Positions 1 to 6,951 of a stretch of DNA of 64,000 nt are shown here, piece by piece. This stretch comes from a virus, in the IMG/VR virus record IMGVR_UViG_3300046804_003463, positions 1 through 64,000 of that record; one strand, written 5' to 3'. The notes under the pieces are model-generated. The model saw nothing but the letters and a program-made list of their open reading frames with translations. It ran no database searches and was not told the origin of the DNA. The translations under genes and the position numbers were made by a program. Within the stretch, counting starts at the first letter, position 1. Each line of letters starts with the position of its first letter.

Positions 1-18
1 ACTAAAGACCGAAAAACT

Positions 19-100
19 TGGTGGGTTGAGTAGGGATCGAACCTACTTGCCGAAGCCACGGGTTTACAGCCCGCTGCCCTACCATTAGAGCATTCAACCC
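19..100 (-). tRNA. tRNA-Tyr(GUA)
   Basis: Reverse complement folds as a cloverleaf; anticodon arm GCGGG-CTGTAAA-CCCGT, long variable arm, TTCGA T-loop, encoded CCA. Confidence 0.95.
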
Positions 101-108
101 AATAACAC

Positions 109-184
109 TGGCAGGGAGTATAGGACTCGAACCTATGCATGTCGGAATCAAAATCCGATGCCTTACCAACTTGGCGAACTCCCA
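109..184 (-). tRNA. tRNA-Gln(UUG)
   Basis: Anticodon arm TCGGA-TTTTGAT-TCCGA, GTTCGAGTC T-arm, CCA end; U1:U72 mismatch. Confidence 0.93.
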
Positions 185-192
185 ACAATTAC

Positions 193-267
193 TGGCTGCT
201 CAGGTAGGGATCGAACCTACGACACACGGATTAACAGTCCGCTGATCTACCGCTGATCTACTGAGCA
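193..267 (-). tRNA. tRNA-Asn(GUU)
   Basis: Anticodon arm GCGGA-CTGTTAA-TCCGT, CCA end. Confidence 0.95.
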
Positions 268-274
268 ACAAACT

Positions 275-352
275 TGGCGACATGTACGGGATTCGAACCC
301 GTGGTCTCCGCCGTGACAGGGCGGCGCATTAGGCCAACTATGCTAACATGCC
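275..352 (-). tRNA. tRNA-Asp(GUC)
   Basis: Anticodon arm CCGCC-CTGTCAC-GGCGG, CCA end. Confidence 0.95.
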
Positions 353-427
353 ATATTGAAGCACACTGGGACTCCATTGGAGTTAATTATCTTTGGAACA
401 ACCCTCAGAACCAATGTGCTTCAATAT
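353..427 (-). ncRNA. Putative structured small RNA between tRNA-Lys and tRNA-Asp
   Basis: 17-bp terminal inverted repeat ATATTGAAGCACATTGG / CCAGTGTGCTTCAATAT with internal hairpin ACTCC-AAT-GGAGT; fills the whole inter-tRNA space. Confidence 0.55.
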
Positions 428-503
428 GGTAGGTGCGGTGGGATTCGAACCCACGACTCTCAGATTAAAAGTCTGATACTCTAACCAGCTGAGTTACACA
501 CCC
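427..503 (-). tRNA. tRNA-Lys(UUU)
   Basis: Anticodon arm TCAGA-CTTTTAA-TCTGA, CCA end. Confidence 0.95.
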
Positions 504-513
504 ATAATATAAT

Positions 514-588
514 TGGTACACCCAACCGGATTCGAACCGGTGTTACTGCCGTGAAAGGGCAATGTCCTGACCACTAGACGATGGGTGC
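514..588 (-). tRNA. tRNA-Glu(UUC)
   Basis: Anticodon arm TTGCC-CTTTCAC-GGCAG, CCA end. Confidence 0.95.
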
Positions 589-630
589 ATCTCACAAATT
601 TTTTAAAGATCAATCAACTCAACAAAATCT

Positions 631-659
631 ATTATAGCGAAAATCCAAAATTCTGTCAA
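631..659 (-). promoter_or_regulatory. sigma70 promoter driving the Glu-to-Tyr tRNAs
   Basis: TTGACA-17 bp-TATAAT perfect consensus. Confidence 0.85.
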
Positions 660-695
660 CTACTTTTTTTACTGTTGTTTTTTTACAACACATTC

Positions 696-772
696 TGGTC
701 TGAGTGGAGAGGATCGAACTCCCGACCTCCTGCTCCCAAAGCAGGCATTCTACCAGGCTGAACTACACTCAG
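696..772 (-). tRNA. tRNA-Pro(UGG)
   Basis: Anticodon arm CCTGC-TTTGGGA-GCAGG, CCA end. Confidence 0.95.
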
Positions 773-776
773 ATAT

Positions 777-815
777 AAAACAAAAAACCCCGAAGCCTTT
801 TGGATTTCGGGGTTT
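777..815 (-). terminator. Intrinsic terminator (attenuator) just upstream of tRNA-Pro
   Basis: Stem AAACCCCGAA/UUCGGGGUUU followed by UUUGUUUU. Confidence 0.8.
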
Positions 816-859
816 GTATACAGTTCGAACTAAACTACAATCTATACACAAACCTCCGA
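807..859 (-). promoter_or_regulatory. Antiterminator helix of tRNA-array attenuator
   Basis: UCGGAGGUUUGUGUAUAG (859-842) pairs with CUGUAUACAAACCCCGA (823-807): 17 bp with one bulge, sequestering the terminator 5' arm. Confidence 0.75.
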
Positions 860-937
860 TGCGGGCGCCCATGATCCATTATCGCTAAATGTGCGATACT
901 GTGGGCATTCCTTCGTAATGTGTATTAGTTTGTTCAT
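842..937 (-). CDS. Leader peptide MNKLIHITKECPQYRTFSDNGSWAPASEVCV (31 aa)
   Basis: ATG..TAG ORF not in the track; 31 distinct codons, all 20 amino acids; 3' end forms the antiterminator. Confidence 0.75.
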   Translation of the reverse strand: MNKLIHITKECPQYRTFSDNGSWAPASEVCV

Positions 938-941
938 AACT

Positions 942-1355
942 CTATATATCCCTCTGAACGCCTCTAAAAGTCAATTCACTAATAAAAAGTTTTCGTATGC
1001 GTTCACTAATGTGAATTTGAGTTTCAAGTATAGCCTCAATGTGATCATTTGTCAAGTCTTTGAGTGGTACAAAAGTCAAAGGCTGACGACCACCTTTACC
1101 ACGGGTACCCCATTTGAATACTTCACGAATTAGGGCATACGGTGCATCATCATACACCGACAATTCCTCATACGGTGCATCATCATGTACATTTCGGCGC
1201 AGATAATCTAGACCACCATCGACCATGTATTCTTTGCCATTTGCATCAACATAGGTCACATAGTCGTGGCGATGCCTAGATTCAAGAATCGTACCGTCAG
1301 GTGTACGAATACGATTCGCTACGATTCTTGCTTCACTCATCACTGTATACACCAA
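942..1355 (-). CDS. Conserved phage hypothetical protein
   Basis: SRHRHDY..VDGGLDYLRR motif recurrent in phage proteins; internal DDAPY duplication. Confidence 0.75.
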   Translation of the reverse strand: MVYTVMSEARIVANRIRTPDGTILESRHRHDYVTYVDANGKEYMVDGGLDYLRRNVHDDAPYEELSVYDDAPYALIREVFKWGTRGKGGRQPLTFVPLKDLTNDHIEAILETQIHISERIRKLFISELTFRGVQRDI

Positions 1356-1525
1356 CCTTCATCAATCAAGGCACGTGCGGCACGACCATACGAACCTTGC
1401 AAGTGCCACACCAGACCTGAATCAATCAACTCTTGAAAAAATTCAATTGTTTCATCAAAGTGCAACTCACCTGCTTCATAAGCAATCATTTTATCAATCT
1501 GATCCATATTACGCCTCCAAAGCAT
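1340..1525 (-). CDS. Hypothetical protein (likely start 1507)
   Basis: FQELIDSG..LQGSYGR phage motif; in operon. Confidence 0.7.
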   Translation of the reverse strand: MLWRRNMDQIDKMIAYEAGELHFDETIEFFQELIDSGLVWHLQGSYGRAARALIDEGWCIQ

Positions 1526-1919
1526 AGGGTTTGTTCCACTTACCGATATTTACATCAATGTACCAACCGACATTAAAGTAATCGGTTTGAATATCAGACT
1601 TATCCCAATTACCAGCATTCATTGCTGGAATCACTTCAGAGAGGAAGAAATACGCATCACCATTGAAATGACTTTTGTAGTGATAAGGATTCACCTGAAT
1701 ACCGAACTTCTCAGCATCGGCACGTGTTTCAGGGCTATCGCCATAATCACTGATAAAATCAATTTTACCAGACTTTACATTTAACACCAGTGTAGAATGA
1801 TTGCGAACCGCAAGGCTTGCTTTCACGCCGTACTTTTTGCAAATCGCTTTGATTTTAGGTGCCAACTTAGACTTCAATTCTTGAGATACATAAGCCATCA
1901 CAAACCTCCATGTAATCAA
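1509..1919 (-). CDS. Hypothetical early protein (likely start MAYVSQE)
   Basis: SDIQTDYFNVGWY motif; GGAGG RBS after promoter. Confidence 0.75.
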   Translation of the reverse strand: MITWRFVMAYVSQELKSKLAPKIKAICKKYGVKASLAVRNHSTLVLNVKSGKIDFISDYGDSPETRADAEKFGIQVNPYHYKSHFNGDAYFFLSEVIPAMNAGNWDKSDIQTDYFNVGWYIDVNIGKWNKPYALEA

Positions 1920-1931
1920 TCAACATGTATA

Positions 1932-1960
1932 ATTATAGCGGTGGTACGGTACTTTGTCAA
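1932..1960 (-). promoter_or_regulatory. sigma70 early promoter
   Basis: TTGACA-17-TATAAT. Confidence 0.85.
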
Positions 1961-2196
1961 CCATTTCTTTTTAGCAACTTTTCTATCTCAGTGTTGTCAA
2001 GTTGAAAATGTTGCACAATGTCGTCCCAAAAGTCTATTGCCAAATAATCTTCTGGTGTATTCTCACCCGTTTGATAGATTTGATATATTTCTGACAACAA
2101 TTGGAGTGCGTATCTTTCCTGGTGTGATTTGAAAACATCCACAAAAAATGAACCACCCGTTTGTTTAGCAATTTCAGTCAGCAGTTCTTGATTCAT
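1957..2196 (-). CDS. Hypothetical protein
   Basis: Co-oriented ORF in operon. Confidence 0.6.
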   Translation of the reverse strand: MNQELLTEIAKQTGGSFFVDVFKSHQERYALQLLSEIYQIYQTGENTPEDYLAIDFWDDIVQHFQLDNTEIEKLLKRNG

Positions 2197-2545
2197 AACG
2201 CTCCTTGATTAACTCAATCAATTCTGGATTACGATACTCATAATTATCTGGAATCTGCAAATCAATGATAGGCTTGTCAAGCATCCACTCCATCATCTTG
2301 TTGCGAACCCATAATGCATGTTCAGTGTCAGCACATACGACCTCATCACACCACATCAGCAAATCTTCAGTAACAGGAATCAATGCGTAGCCCGCCGTGC
2401 CTGCCGACCGTGTATTGAAGTTATATGGTTCAGCCGATAACACATGCGCCATTGTAGGCGAACGGAGCATATTGGCAGAACAGACCGTCAATACTTTTTT
2501 ATAGTCGCCTTGAAATCTATTTGAATGTACACCATAACGTACCAT
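2174..2545 (-). CDS. Low-molecular-weight protein tyrosine phosphatase-like protein
   Basis: VCSANMLRSPT (CX5RS) P-loop, SAGT, IPD motif. Confidence 0.85.
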   Translation of the reverse strand: MVRYGVHSNRFQGDYKKVLTVCSANMLRSPTMAHVLSAEPYNFNTRSAGTAGYALIPVTEDLLMWCDEVVCADTEHALWVRNKMMEWMLDKPIIDLQIPDNYEYRNPELIELIKERYESRTAD

Positions 2546-2555
2546 TACTCTTCCT

Positions 2556-2738
2556 TCAAAAAATAGATGACAGTGCAGCAGCACCGTTCATTGCTGAAAT
2601 AATCAGATAGACAAATGCCCAACCAGGTCGCCCTTCATCAGCGGCGACCGTAGACATATTCCAAAAAAGAAATACAAACAAAAATTGTAAAGCAAAAATA
2701 ATGATGCCCATGTCATTCCAATAATGTACGACTTTCAC
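2556..2738 (-). CDS. Small membrane protein
   Basis: Two hydrophobic segments. Confidence 0.55.
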   Translation of the reverse strand: MKVVHYWNDMGIIIFALQFLFVFLFWNMSTVAADEGRPGWAFVYLIISAMNGAAALSSIF

Positions 2739-2958
2739 GATCCCAAAAAAACTGCACTGCCCGTTTAGCGGATTCTAAATTGATATACTGGCCAAGATGC
2801 TTTTCATCCTGAACCGTGAAAGTGTACTCACCTGTATACACCAGACCAATCCAAACTTCCTGGAGTGCAATCTTGCTTACTGTACCGACAATCTTACCAG
2901 TCAAGGTGTCATAATAATAGTATTTCTCAGAATACCGTTCCCAATCATATTCTTTCAT
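2713..2958 (-). CDS. Hypothetical protein
   Basis: Overlapping ORF in operon. Confidence 0.6.
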   Translation of the reverse strand: MKEYDWERYSEKYYYYDTLTGKIVGTVSKIALQEVWIGLVYTGEYTFTVQDEKHLGQYINLESAKRAVQFFWDRESRTLLE

Positions 2959-3137
2959 TGGCGAAACACCAGACTTTGCGTGATGGTATCAGTCACATTA
3001 CAAATGAAATAGGCCACATCTTCTCCATAGAGATTTTCCTCTATATTAACAAACTTCACTTCACTTGTCAAGTGTTCATTCCCACACTCACGACATTTCA
3101 CCACAAACGATTCATTCATTAAGCAATACCTGTCCAT
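2955..3137 (-). CDS. Small Cys-containing protein
   Basis: CxxC motif; ATGA overlap with the next gene. Confidence 0.55.
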   Translation of the reverse strand: MDRYCLMNESFVVKCRECGNEHLTSEVKFVNIEENLYGEDVAYFICNVTDTITQSLVFRQ

Positions 3138-3448
3138 TGTAGGCGATTCAGATAAGTGCCGGCATCATACACATTACCACGCACAAAGTTTTTCGCTGGT
3201 GCTTTCCATGAAGCCGCTTTCCAGATGTTACCCGTTTCTTTCTCTACGAACGAGTGTACCGAGCGGGAGCCACCAGCCGAGATTTTCACGACCTTTACGT
3301 ACTTAGACCCCGGCTCAAACTCAACACCGAACTGTCCGATGTCCGAGATACCGGCATCACCACACCATTTCACATAGTTCGCCACGATATTATCTTTGTA
3401 ACCAATCAGCGCAACAGCCAGATCATCTTTCACCATGTTCTTCTCCAT
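3119..3448 (-). CDS. Conserved phage hypothetical protein
   Basis: KYVKV..SVHSFV..GNIWKAASWKAPAK motif. Confidence 0.75.
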   Translation of the reverse strand: MEKNMVKDDLAVALIGYKDNIVANYVKWCGDAGISDIGQFGVEFEPGSKYVKVVKISAGGSRSVHSFVEKETGNIWKAASWKAPAKNFVRGNVYDAGTYLNRLQWTGIA

Positions 3449-3648
3449 TACAAAACAGTTTCACAGTATTTGTATTTCAACAACTTAGCCGTATCTTTAT
3501 CATACAACCAAGTCAGCGCACACCATACAGAATCCGAAACACTATAATACTCACGATACCGAGTATAAACTTCGGCAAACCAATTTTCATCATTCCGTGC
3601 GGCACAATAGTCTTGTGCCCGTTTCAAATACTCCATTTTGTTCATCAC
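3448..3648 (-). CDS. Hypothetical protein
   Basis: Coupled ORF. Confidence 0.6.
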   Translation of the reverse strand: MMNKMEYLKRAQDYCAARNDENWFAEVYTRYREYYSVSDSVWCALTWLYDKDTAKLLKYKYCETVL

Positions 3649-3965
3649 GCAAACTCCATTTCAAGTTCTTTCGGTGAATAAACAATGCAGCCATCCCACT
3701 CCAGCTGGCTACGCTCATACTCTGTCAGATAGTCATCCTCAACCAACTGTAGATCAACCACAGTCTCACGGAAGTAATCATTTGATACCTCAACTTGAGC
3801 CTTCACCTCTGCCAGAATCCGAGACATTTGCGATTTATCAACATTTCGCACCACGTACTCATCACCACCTTTAGGTTTGAAATATGCATCCTCACCGGTA
3901 CCAATCGTACCGTCCTCACGCCATGCATAATTCTCATAGACCTGTGTAGTAAATATTGCTTTCAT
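3645..3965 (-). CDS. Conserved phage hypothetical protein
   Basis: TQVYENYA..YFKPKGG..TEYERSQLEWDG; first gene after promoter. Confidence 0.75.
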   Translation of the reverse strand: MKAIFTTQVYENYAWREDGTIGTGEDAYFKPKGGDEYVVRNVDKSQMSRILAEVKAQVEVSNDYFRETVVDLQLVEDDYLTEYERSQLEWDGCIVYSPKELEMEFA

Positions 3966-3995
3966 GACAACCTCATCTCAATCTCAACAGAGTCC

Positions 3996-4024
3996 ATTAT
4001 AGCCGAGGCACCCCACTTTGTCAA
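3996..4024 (-). promoter_or_regulatory. sigma70 early promoter
   Basis: TTGACA-17-TATAAT. Confidence 0.85.
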
Positions 4025-4139
4025 CCATTCCTGCGATAATATTCCAGCCATCCATCGTTAGCAGAAAGATAACGGAGTAGCACAGTAATTGCTAGATTGA
4101 CAACCACAAAGATTAACAATATTGTAAGAATAGTGAATG

Positions 4140-4319
4140 TCATTCTTCCTCATCATCATAGTCTTCGCCATCATAAAAGAATTCATTCAACCGTGCCATA
4201 TCCGCTACATCATCTTCGGACATATACTTCAGACAAGCCATGATCACGGTGTCACGATCCAGCAGTCCATCTTCAACCAACTCCAGGACACGATTCGTTG
4301 CTTGACGGGTTTGATACAT
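4140..4319 (-). CDS. Small acidic hypothetical protein (MYQTRQATNRVLELVEDG..)
   Basis: Own translation, 59 aa; GGAGG RBS. Confidence 0.65.
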   Translation of the reverse strand: MYQTRQATNRVLELVEDGLLDRDTVIMACLKYMSEDDVADMARLNEFFYDGEDYDDEEE

Positions 4320-4490
4320 CCTATACCTCCAAAAAAAATTTTTGTGCGATTCAGTGGCGGATTTGCGATTTCACTGGAGTTCGGCGTCAATAAGGTTTGC
4401 TTTGAAATAGCATGTTCCTTTGAGGAGGCTCATTGTCTAGACCGCTTATCGTTTTCACCATACACCACACCACACACTGCCCCCACTGCC

Positions 4491-4637
4491 CTATGCACCC
4501 TCAGGGCGCCCGTACATCTCCAGTATATTGTTCACTGTTAGCACTGCCACGCCCAAGTAATTAGCAATGAAGGGCACACTGCACCCAGCATCACTCATCT
4601 CCAGGATTTCAATTACCAAGTTCTTGTAATAGCCCAT
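4491..4637 (-). CDS. Small HTH-like protein (MGYYKNLVIEILEMSDAGCSVPFIANYLGV..)
   Basis: Own translation, 48 aa; G-x-S-x-x-x-IA-x-x-LGV HTH pattern. Confidence 0.55.
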   Translation of the reverse strand: MGYYKNLVIEILEMSDAGCSVPFIANYLGVAVLTVNNILEMYGRPEGA

Positions 4638-4818
4638 TTATTTCCTCATCCTCATCATAGGGATTAATCTTCGGCGGCTTACGGGTGTTAGGATTTTCTC
4701 CGTACACCTTTACATCACCGTTACGCCCACCTGCCACCACAGTACGGGGTGCCATGTAGACTTCAAACTCCTGCACGGCCTCTGCTACTTCAGCCTCACT
4801 AAACAATGCTTTTTTCAT
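4609..4818 (-). CDS. Hypothetical protein
   Basis: TAATG-coupled; N-terminus paralogous to 4818-4994. Confidence 0.6.
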   Translation of the reverse strand: MKKALFSEAEVAEAVQEFEVYMAPRTVVAGGRNGDVKVYGENPNTRKPPKINPYDEDEEINGLLQELGN

Positions 4819-4994
4819 TATGCAAAGGCCTTCGTTGGGTAGCCAGCAGCAATACCACCAGAGCCCTTCACAAAGCCCTTAGAGGCCTTAGCACGGCATA
4901 CTGGCTTTTTGGCCTTACGGGGCTTACACACAGTGGCACCCATACCCTTGGTGGCCTCTGCTACATCAGCATCAGTGAATAGTGCTTTGATCAT
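4818..4994 (-). CDS. Small basic hypothetical protein (MIKALFTDADVAEATKG..)
   Basis: Own translation, 58 aa; GGAG RBS. Confidence 0.6.
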   Translation of the reverse strand: MIKALFTDADVAEATKGMGATVCKPRKAKKPVCRAKASKGFVKGSGGIAAGYPTKAFA

Positions 4995-5004
4995 ATCATA
5001 CTCC

Positions 5005-5139
5005 TTACAGTTTCCAGGTTTTGATGGCCTCTGCTACATCACCCACGGCAATGTTCAGCAGAGCAGCAATACGCCACACAGGATAGCCAAGGTACTTCAA
5101 GGTGGCTATCTCATTAATCGTTTCACGGCGGATAATCAT
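5005..5139 (-). CDS. Small HTH-like protein (MIIRRETINEIATLKYLGYPVWRIAALLNI..)
   Basis: Own translation, 44 aa; HTH-like pattern. Confidence 0.55.
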   Translation of the reverse strand: MIIRRETINEIATLKYLGYPVWRIAALLNIAVGDVAEAIKTWKL

Positions 5140-5324
5140 AATGTCATTCCCTTTGCAAGATAAGCAATATAACCAGGGTTCTTGTTCAACATCACCACAG
5201 GCTCAATACCCAACACCACACCGGTCTTCACAAAGGCCTTTTCAGCATAGGCCACAGCGGCTCTCAAGGTCTTGAATTTTCTGCCATCACAGGTATACAT
5301 CACAATCTCCTTTTCAATCACCAC
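5136..5324 (-). CDS. Hypothetical early protein (likely start MYTCDG)
   Basis: AAGGAG RBS after promoter. Confidence 0.6.
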   Translation of the reverse strand: MVIEKEIVMYTCDGRKFKTLRAAVAYAEKAFVKTGVVLGIEPVVMLNKNPGYIAYLAKGMTL

Positions 5325-5330
5325 ACAGGC

Positions 5331-5359
5331 ATTATAGCAAGGTGCTGGGATTCTGTCAA
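5331..5359 (-). promoter_or_regulatory. sigma70 early promoter
   Basis: TTGACA-17-TATAAT. Confidence 0.85.
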
Positions 5360-5493
5360 CCAGTTATTCGGCAATTATGCTTTTCTATCCCTCAGTGCAT
5401 CATACAGAATATAGGCCATTGCAAAAGGTGTAATTGTCAGAAAAACAACCACCGCACCATCGGCCACGTACAAAAGCCAGTTCAGAAAATCCA

Positions 5494-5697
5494 TCATGCC
5501 GCATCCTTCATTAGTCGGTAACCTTCGGCCACATTGAACAAATTAGCCCGCTGCCAGTCCCACAAATCAGTTACTTTATTGAAAACTGGACCGAACGGAT
5601 ACGCTTTCTTATCATTAATCAAATAGACCATCGTTTGCCAGCCACCAGGTACGCTTATACAAGTAATTTCCATTTTACTCTCCAAACACCGCACCAA
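5494..5697 (-). CDS. Hypothetical protein
   Basis: Co-oriented ORF with GGAG RBS. Confidence 0.55.
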   Translation of the reverse strand: MVRCLESKMEITCISVPGGWQTMVYLINDKKAYPFGPVFNKVTDLWDWQRANLFNVAEGYRLMKDAA

Positions 5698-5893
5698 TGG
5701 GACGGCTAGTAATTGCTAATTGATAAACACCAGGATTTGCTTTGATTATTCGGAGCATTGCTTTTTTGCTACCCTTTGCAGTTATCAAACCCGTTGCTTT
5801 ACAGTAAACAGAGTAGTAGGTATAGGCCGTTATCATTTTATCAACCCAGAGTAGTAACAGCACCAGGTGCAGCAGCCAGAACACCCCACACAC
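5675..5893 (-). CDS. Hypothetical protein (likely start MITAY)
   Basis: Co-oriented ORF. Confidence 0.5.
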   Translation of the reverse strand: MCGVFWLLHLVLLLLWVDKMITAYTYYSVYCKATGLITAKGSKKAMLRIIKANPGVYQLAITSRPIGAVFGE

Positions 5894-5959
5894 CCACCAG
5901 ACCCGCTATTATCAGAATCGCAATCATCTCAATCTCCACAATCATCTCATCACGGTTAG

Positions 5960-5988
5960 ATTATGGCGGAAGTGCGGTAGATTGTCAA
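5960..5988 (-). promoter_or_regulatory. sigma70 early promoter
   Basis: TTGACA-17-CATAAT. Confidence 0.75.
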
Positions 5989-6012
5989 CCATTTTGTGGT
6001 TTTTTGTGGCTA

Positions 6013-6039
6013 GGGCGGGCGCCAGGGTGGGTGCCAGGG
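6013..6039 (+). repeat. G-tract repeat (GGGYGGGYGCCA)x2 + GGG; G-quadruplex motif
   Basis: Five GGG runs with loops of 1, 5, 1 and 5 nt. Confidence 0.6.
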
Positions 6040-6186
6040 TACGGTGCGGTGTTGTCATTGTGCTACTAGGTGTAGTGTCGTGCAGTGCGAATATCGCAAC
6101 ATTTAGTATGCCGCTGCCGCACACGATTCCAGCACGCCATAAATAGTGCGTTTGCATCCCACTATTCTACACTTTTTCACACCTTT

Positions 6187-6441
6187 TCACACCAACATAT
6201 ACCGTTCCTGCTCTGGTAATGTCAATTGAGTTTGATTATACAATTCTATTTGCTTTTCTCTCAGCCAGTCATCATATACACCATCGTCAAATTCTTCTGG
6301 TGTCATACAATTATCAATTTCCAAATAGTAGATAAAACGGGTAAATGAGCCGGTCATTCCTGTGGGAATATCGTTCGGCTTGGCTACTTTTCGCAGGTCT
6401 TCAATTCTCTTCTCCAACTCAATTATAACTTCCGGTCTCAT
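6187..6441 (-). CDS. Hypothetical protein
   Basis: Coupled ORF. Confidence 0.6.
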   Translation of the reverse strand: MRPEVIIELEKRIEDLRKVAKPNDIPTGMTGSFTRFIYYLEIDNCMTPEEFDDGVYDDWLREKQIELYNQTQLTLPEQERYMLV

Positions 6442-6644
6442 ATAGTCTCCGTTATATCTTTATTCAGCAACTTAGCCCATCGCTTATGGAATTGTGCTAT
6501 ATCCGTCATCACCTTATGGGGGTGCTGTCCGTATATAAACGCTATCATGGCTAGTTCAGCGGCACCGTCACCATCTACTGTTATCATTTTAGCAGCCATC
6601 TCTATGGCGTCCTGATAGGTTTTGGTGCGGAATTTAGGCATCAA
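6438..6644 (-). CDS. Hypothetical protein
   Basis: Coupled ORF. Confidence 0.55.
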   Translation of the reverse strand: MMPKFRTKTYQDAIEMAAKMITVDGDGAAELAMIAFIYGQHPHKVMTDIAQFHKRWAKLLNKDITETI

Positions 6645-6836
6645 TACACCTCACGCTCATATATGTCAAACTCATCTATAGTACCGTCCTCTACTAGTTG
6701 CTCACCGTAGGCTAAGGCATTGTTATAGTCTCCAAATACACGTAGCACGGTATCACCCTCATATGGTATCACTTCAACGACAATAAAAACTTTGTTCATT
6801 TTGATAACTCCTCGTTTTCTCTCTCAGTATGGTGTA

Positions 6837-6865
6837 ATTATAGCCGGAGTGCAGGAGATTGTCAA
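6837..6865 (-). promoter_or_regulatory. sigma70 early promoter
   Basis: TTGACA-17-TATAAT. Confidence 0.85.
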
Positions 6866-6951
6866 CGGTTATTTTGTTGTCAATTTGAGTACAACATAGC
6901 GAATTATCAAACCGATAACAACACCGAAACAAAGGTAAAAAAGATCCATTA

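Noticed and set aside
891-1133. Plus-strand 80-aa ORF over the leader region
   Set aside because: Antisense to a conserved minus-strand gene and the leader; no RBS or motifs.
1137-1186. 18-bp direct repeat catacggtgcatcatcat
   Set aside because: Only two copies, an in-frame DDAPY duplication within a CDS; not a CRISPR array or att site.
5942-6157. 71-aa minus ORF (LAPTLAPALA)
   Set aside because: Runs through an early promoter and the G-tract repeat; probably noncoding.
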